Source of the DNA: Squalus acanthias
Lineage: Eukaryota
Direction: 5' to 3'
NCBI GenBank assembly: GCA_030390025.1
Contig: CM059448.1
Span: 11,904,001 to 11,968,000 of the forward strand
Length of the DNA: 64,000 bases
Positions 63,666 through 64,000 of the stretch are shown in pieces. The position numbers were made by a program, and so were the translations under genes. How positions within the stretch are numbered: the stretch's first letter is position 1; each line of letters starts with the position of its first letter. Below the pieces are notes generated by a model that was not told the DNA's origin, ran no database searches, and was given only the letters and a program-made list of their open reading frames with translations.

Positions 63666-64000
63666 AGAAGTTGTTGTTGGAGTGGTTGAGGCTGGGCTTT
63701 TTTAAGCAGGGGTAGTGATGGGTGGCAGTTTTGAAGGGGGAAGGGACAATGTCAGTAAGTATTGGAACAAACAAAGTTAGCTGGGGTGGAGAGAACGCAT
63801 GGTGGGTCTTGTGGAAGAGGTAAGTCTGGTAAGGCCTGGGTGGGTAGATAGGAGAGAAGTCTCCTGGAGGAAGCAGATTCTGCGGAGCAGTTAGGTTCAA
63901 TTTTTGGATACAAAGACATTTTTGAGCTTCTCGCACTCTGAGTTGGAGATGAAGGTGGAGGATATAATAAAGGGTGGCCAAAGCAGGTTAATGTGATTTT

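Overview
Vertebrate genomic DNA, almost certainly from a cartilaginous fish (shark), judging by its V-SINE/HE1-type, DeuSINE, CR1, L2 and Penelope repeats. Two + strand genes lie in tandem. The first is the last four coding exons of DDX52 (788-6781). The second is the first 15 coding exons of synergin gamma, SYNRG (ATG 15426 to 55728; 2926 nt, 975 codons + 1), which continues past the window end. All exon phases were checked by hand and join in frame. Most of the supplied ORFs are spurious or are LINE fragments. The most notable non-genic feature is a 529-bp Penelope-type insertion in SYNRG intron 5: a ~230-bp inverted repeat with a 13-bp target-site duplication and a minimal hammerhead-ribozyme motif in each arm. 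Other points of interest are a possible decayed or unannotated minus-strand exon chain between DDX52 and SYNRG, a hAT MITE whose TSD duplicates a splice donor beside a 13-nt microexon-like segment, two visible SINE/LINE tail partnerships, and nested insertions. Gene and repeat family names come from recalled sequence knowledge, not from database searches. Repeat boundaries without a TSD are approximate.
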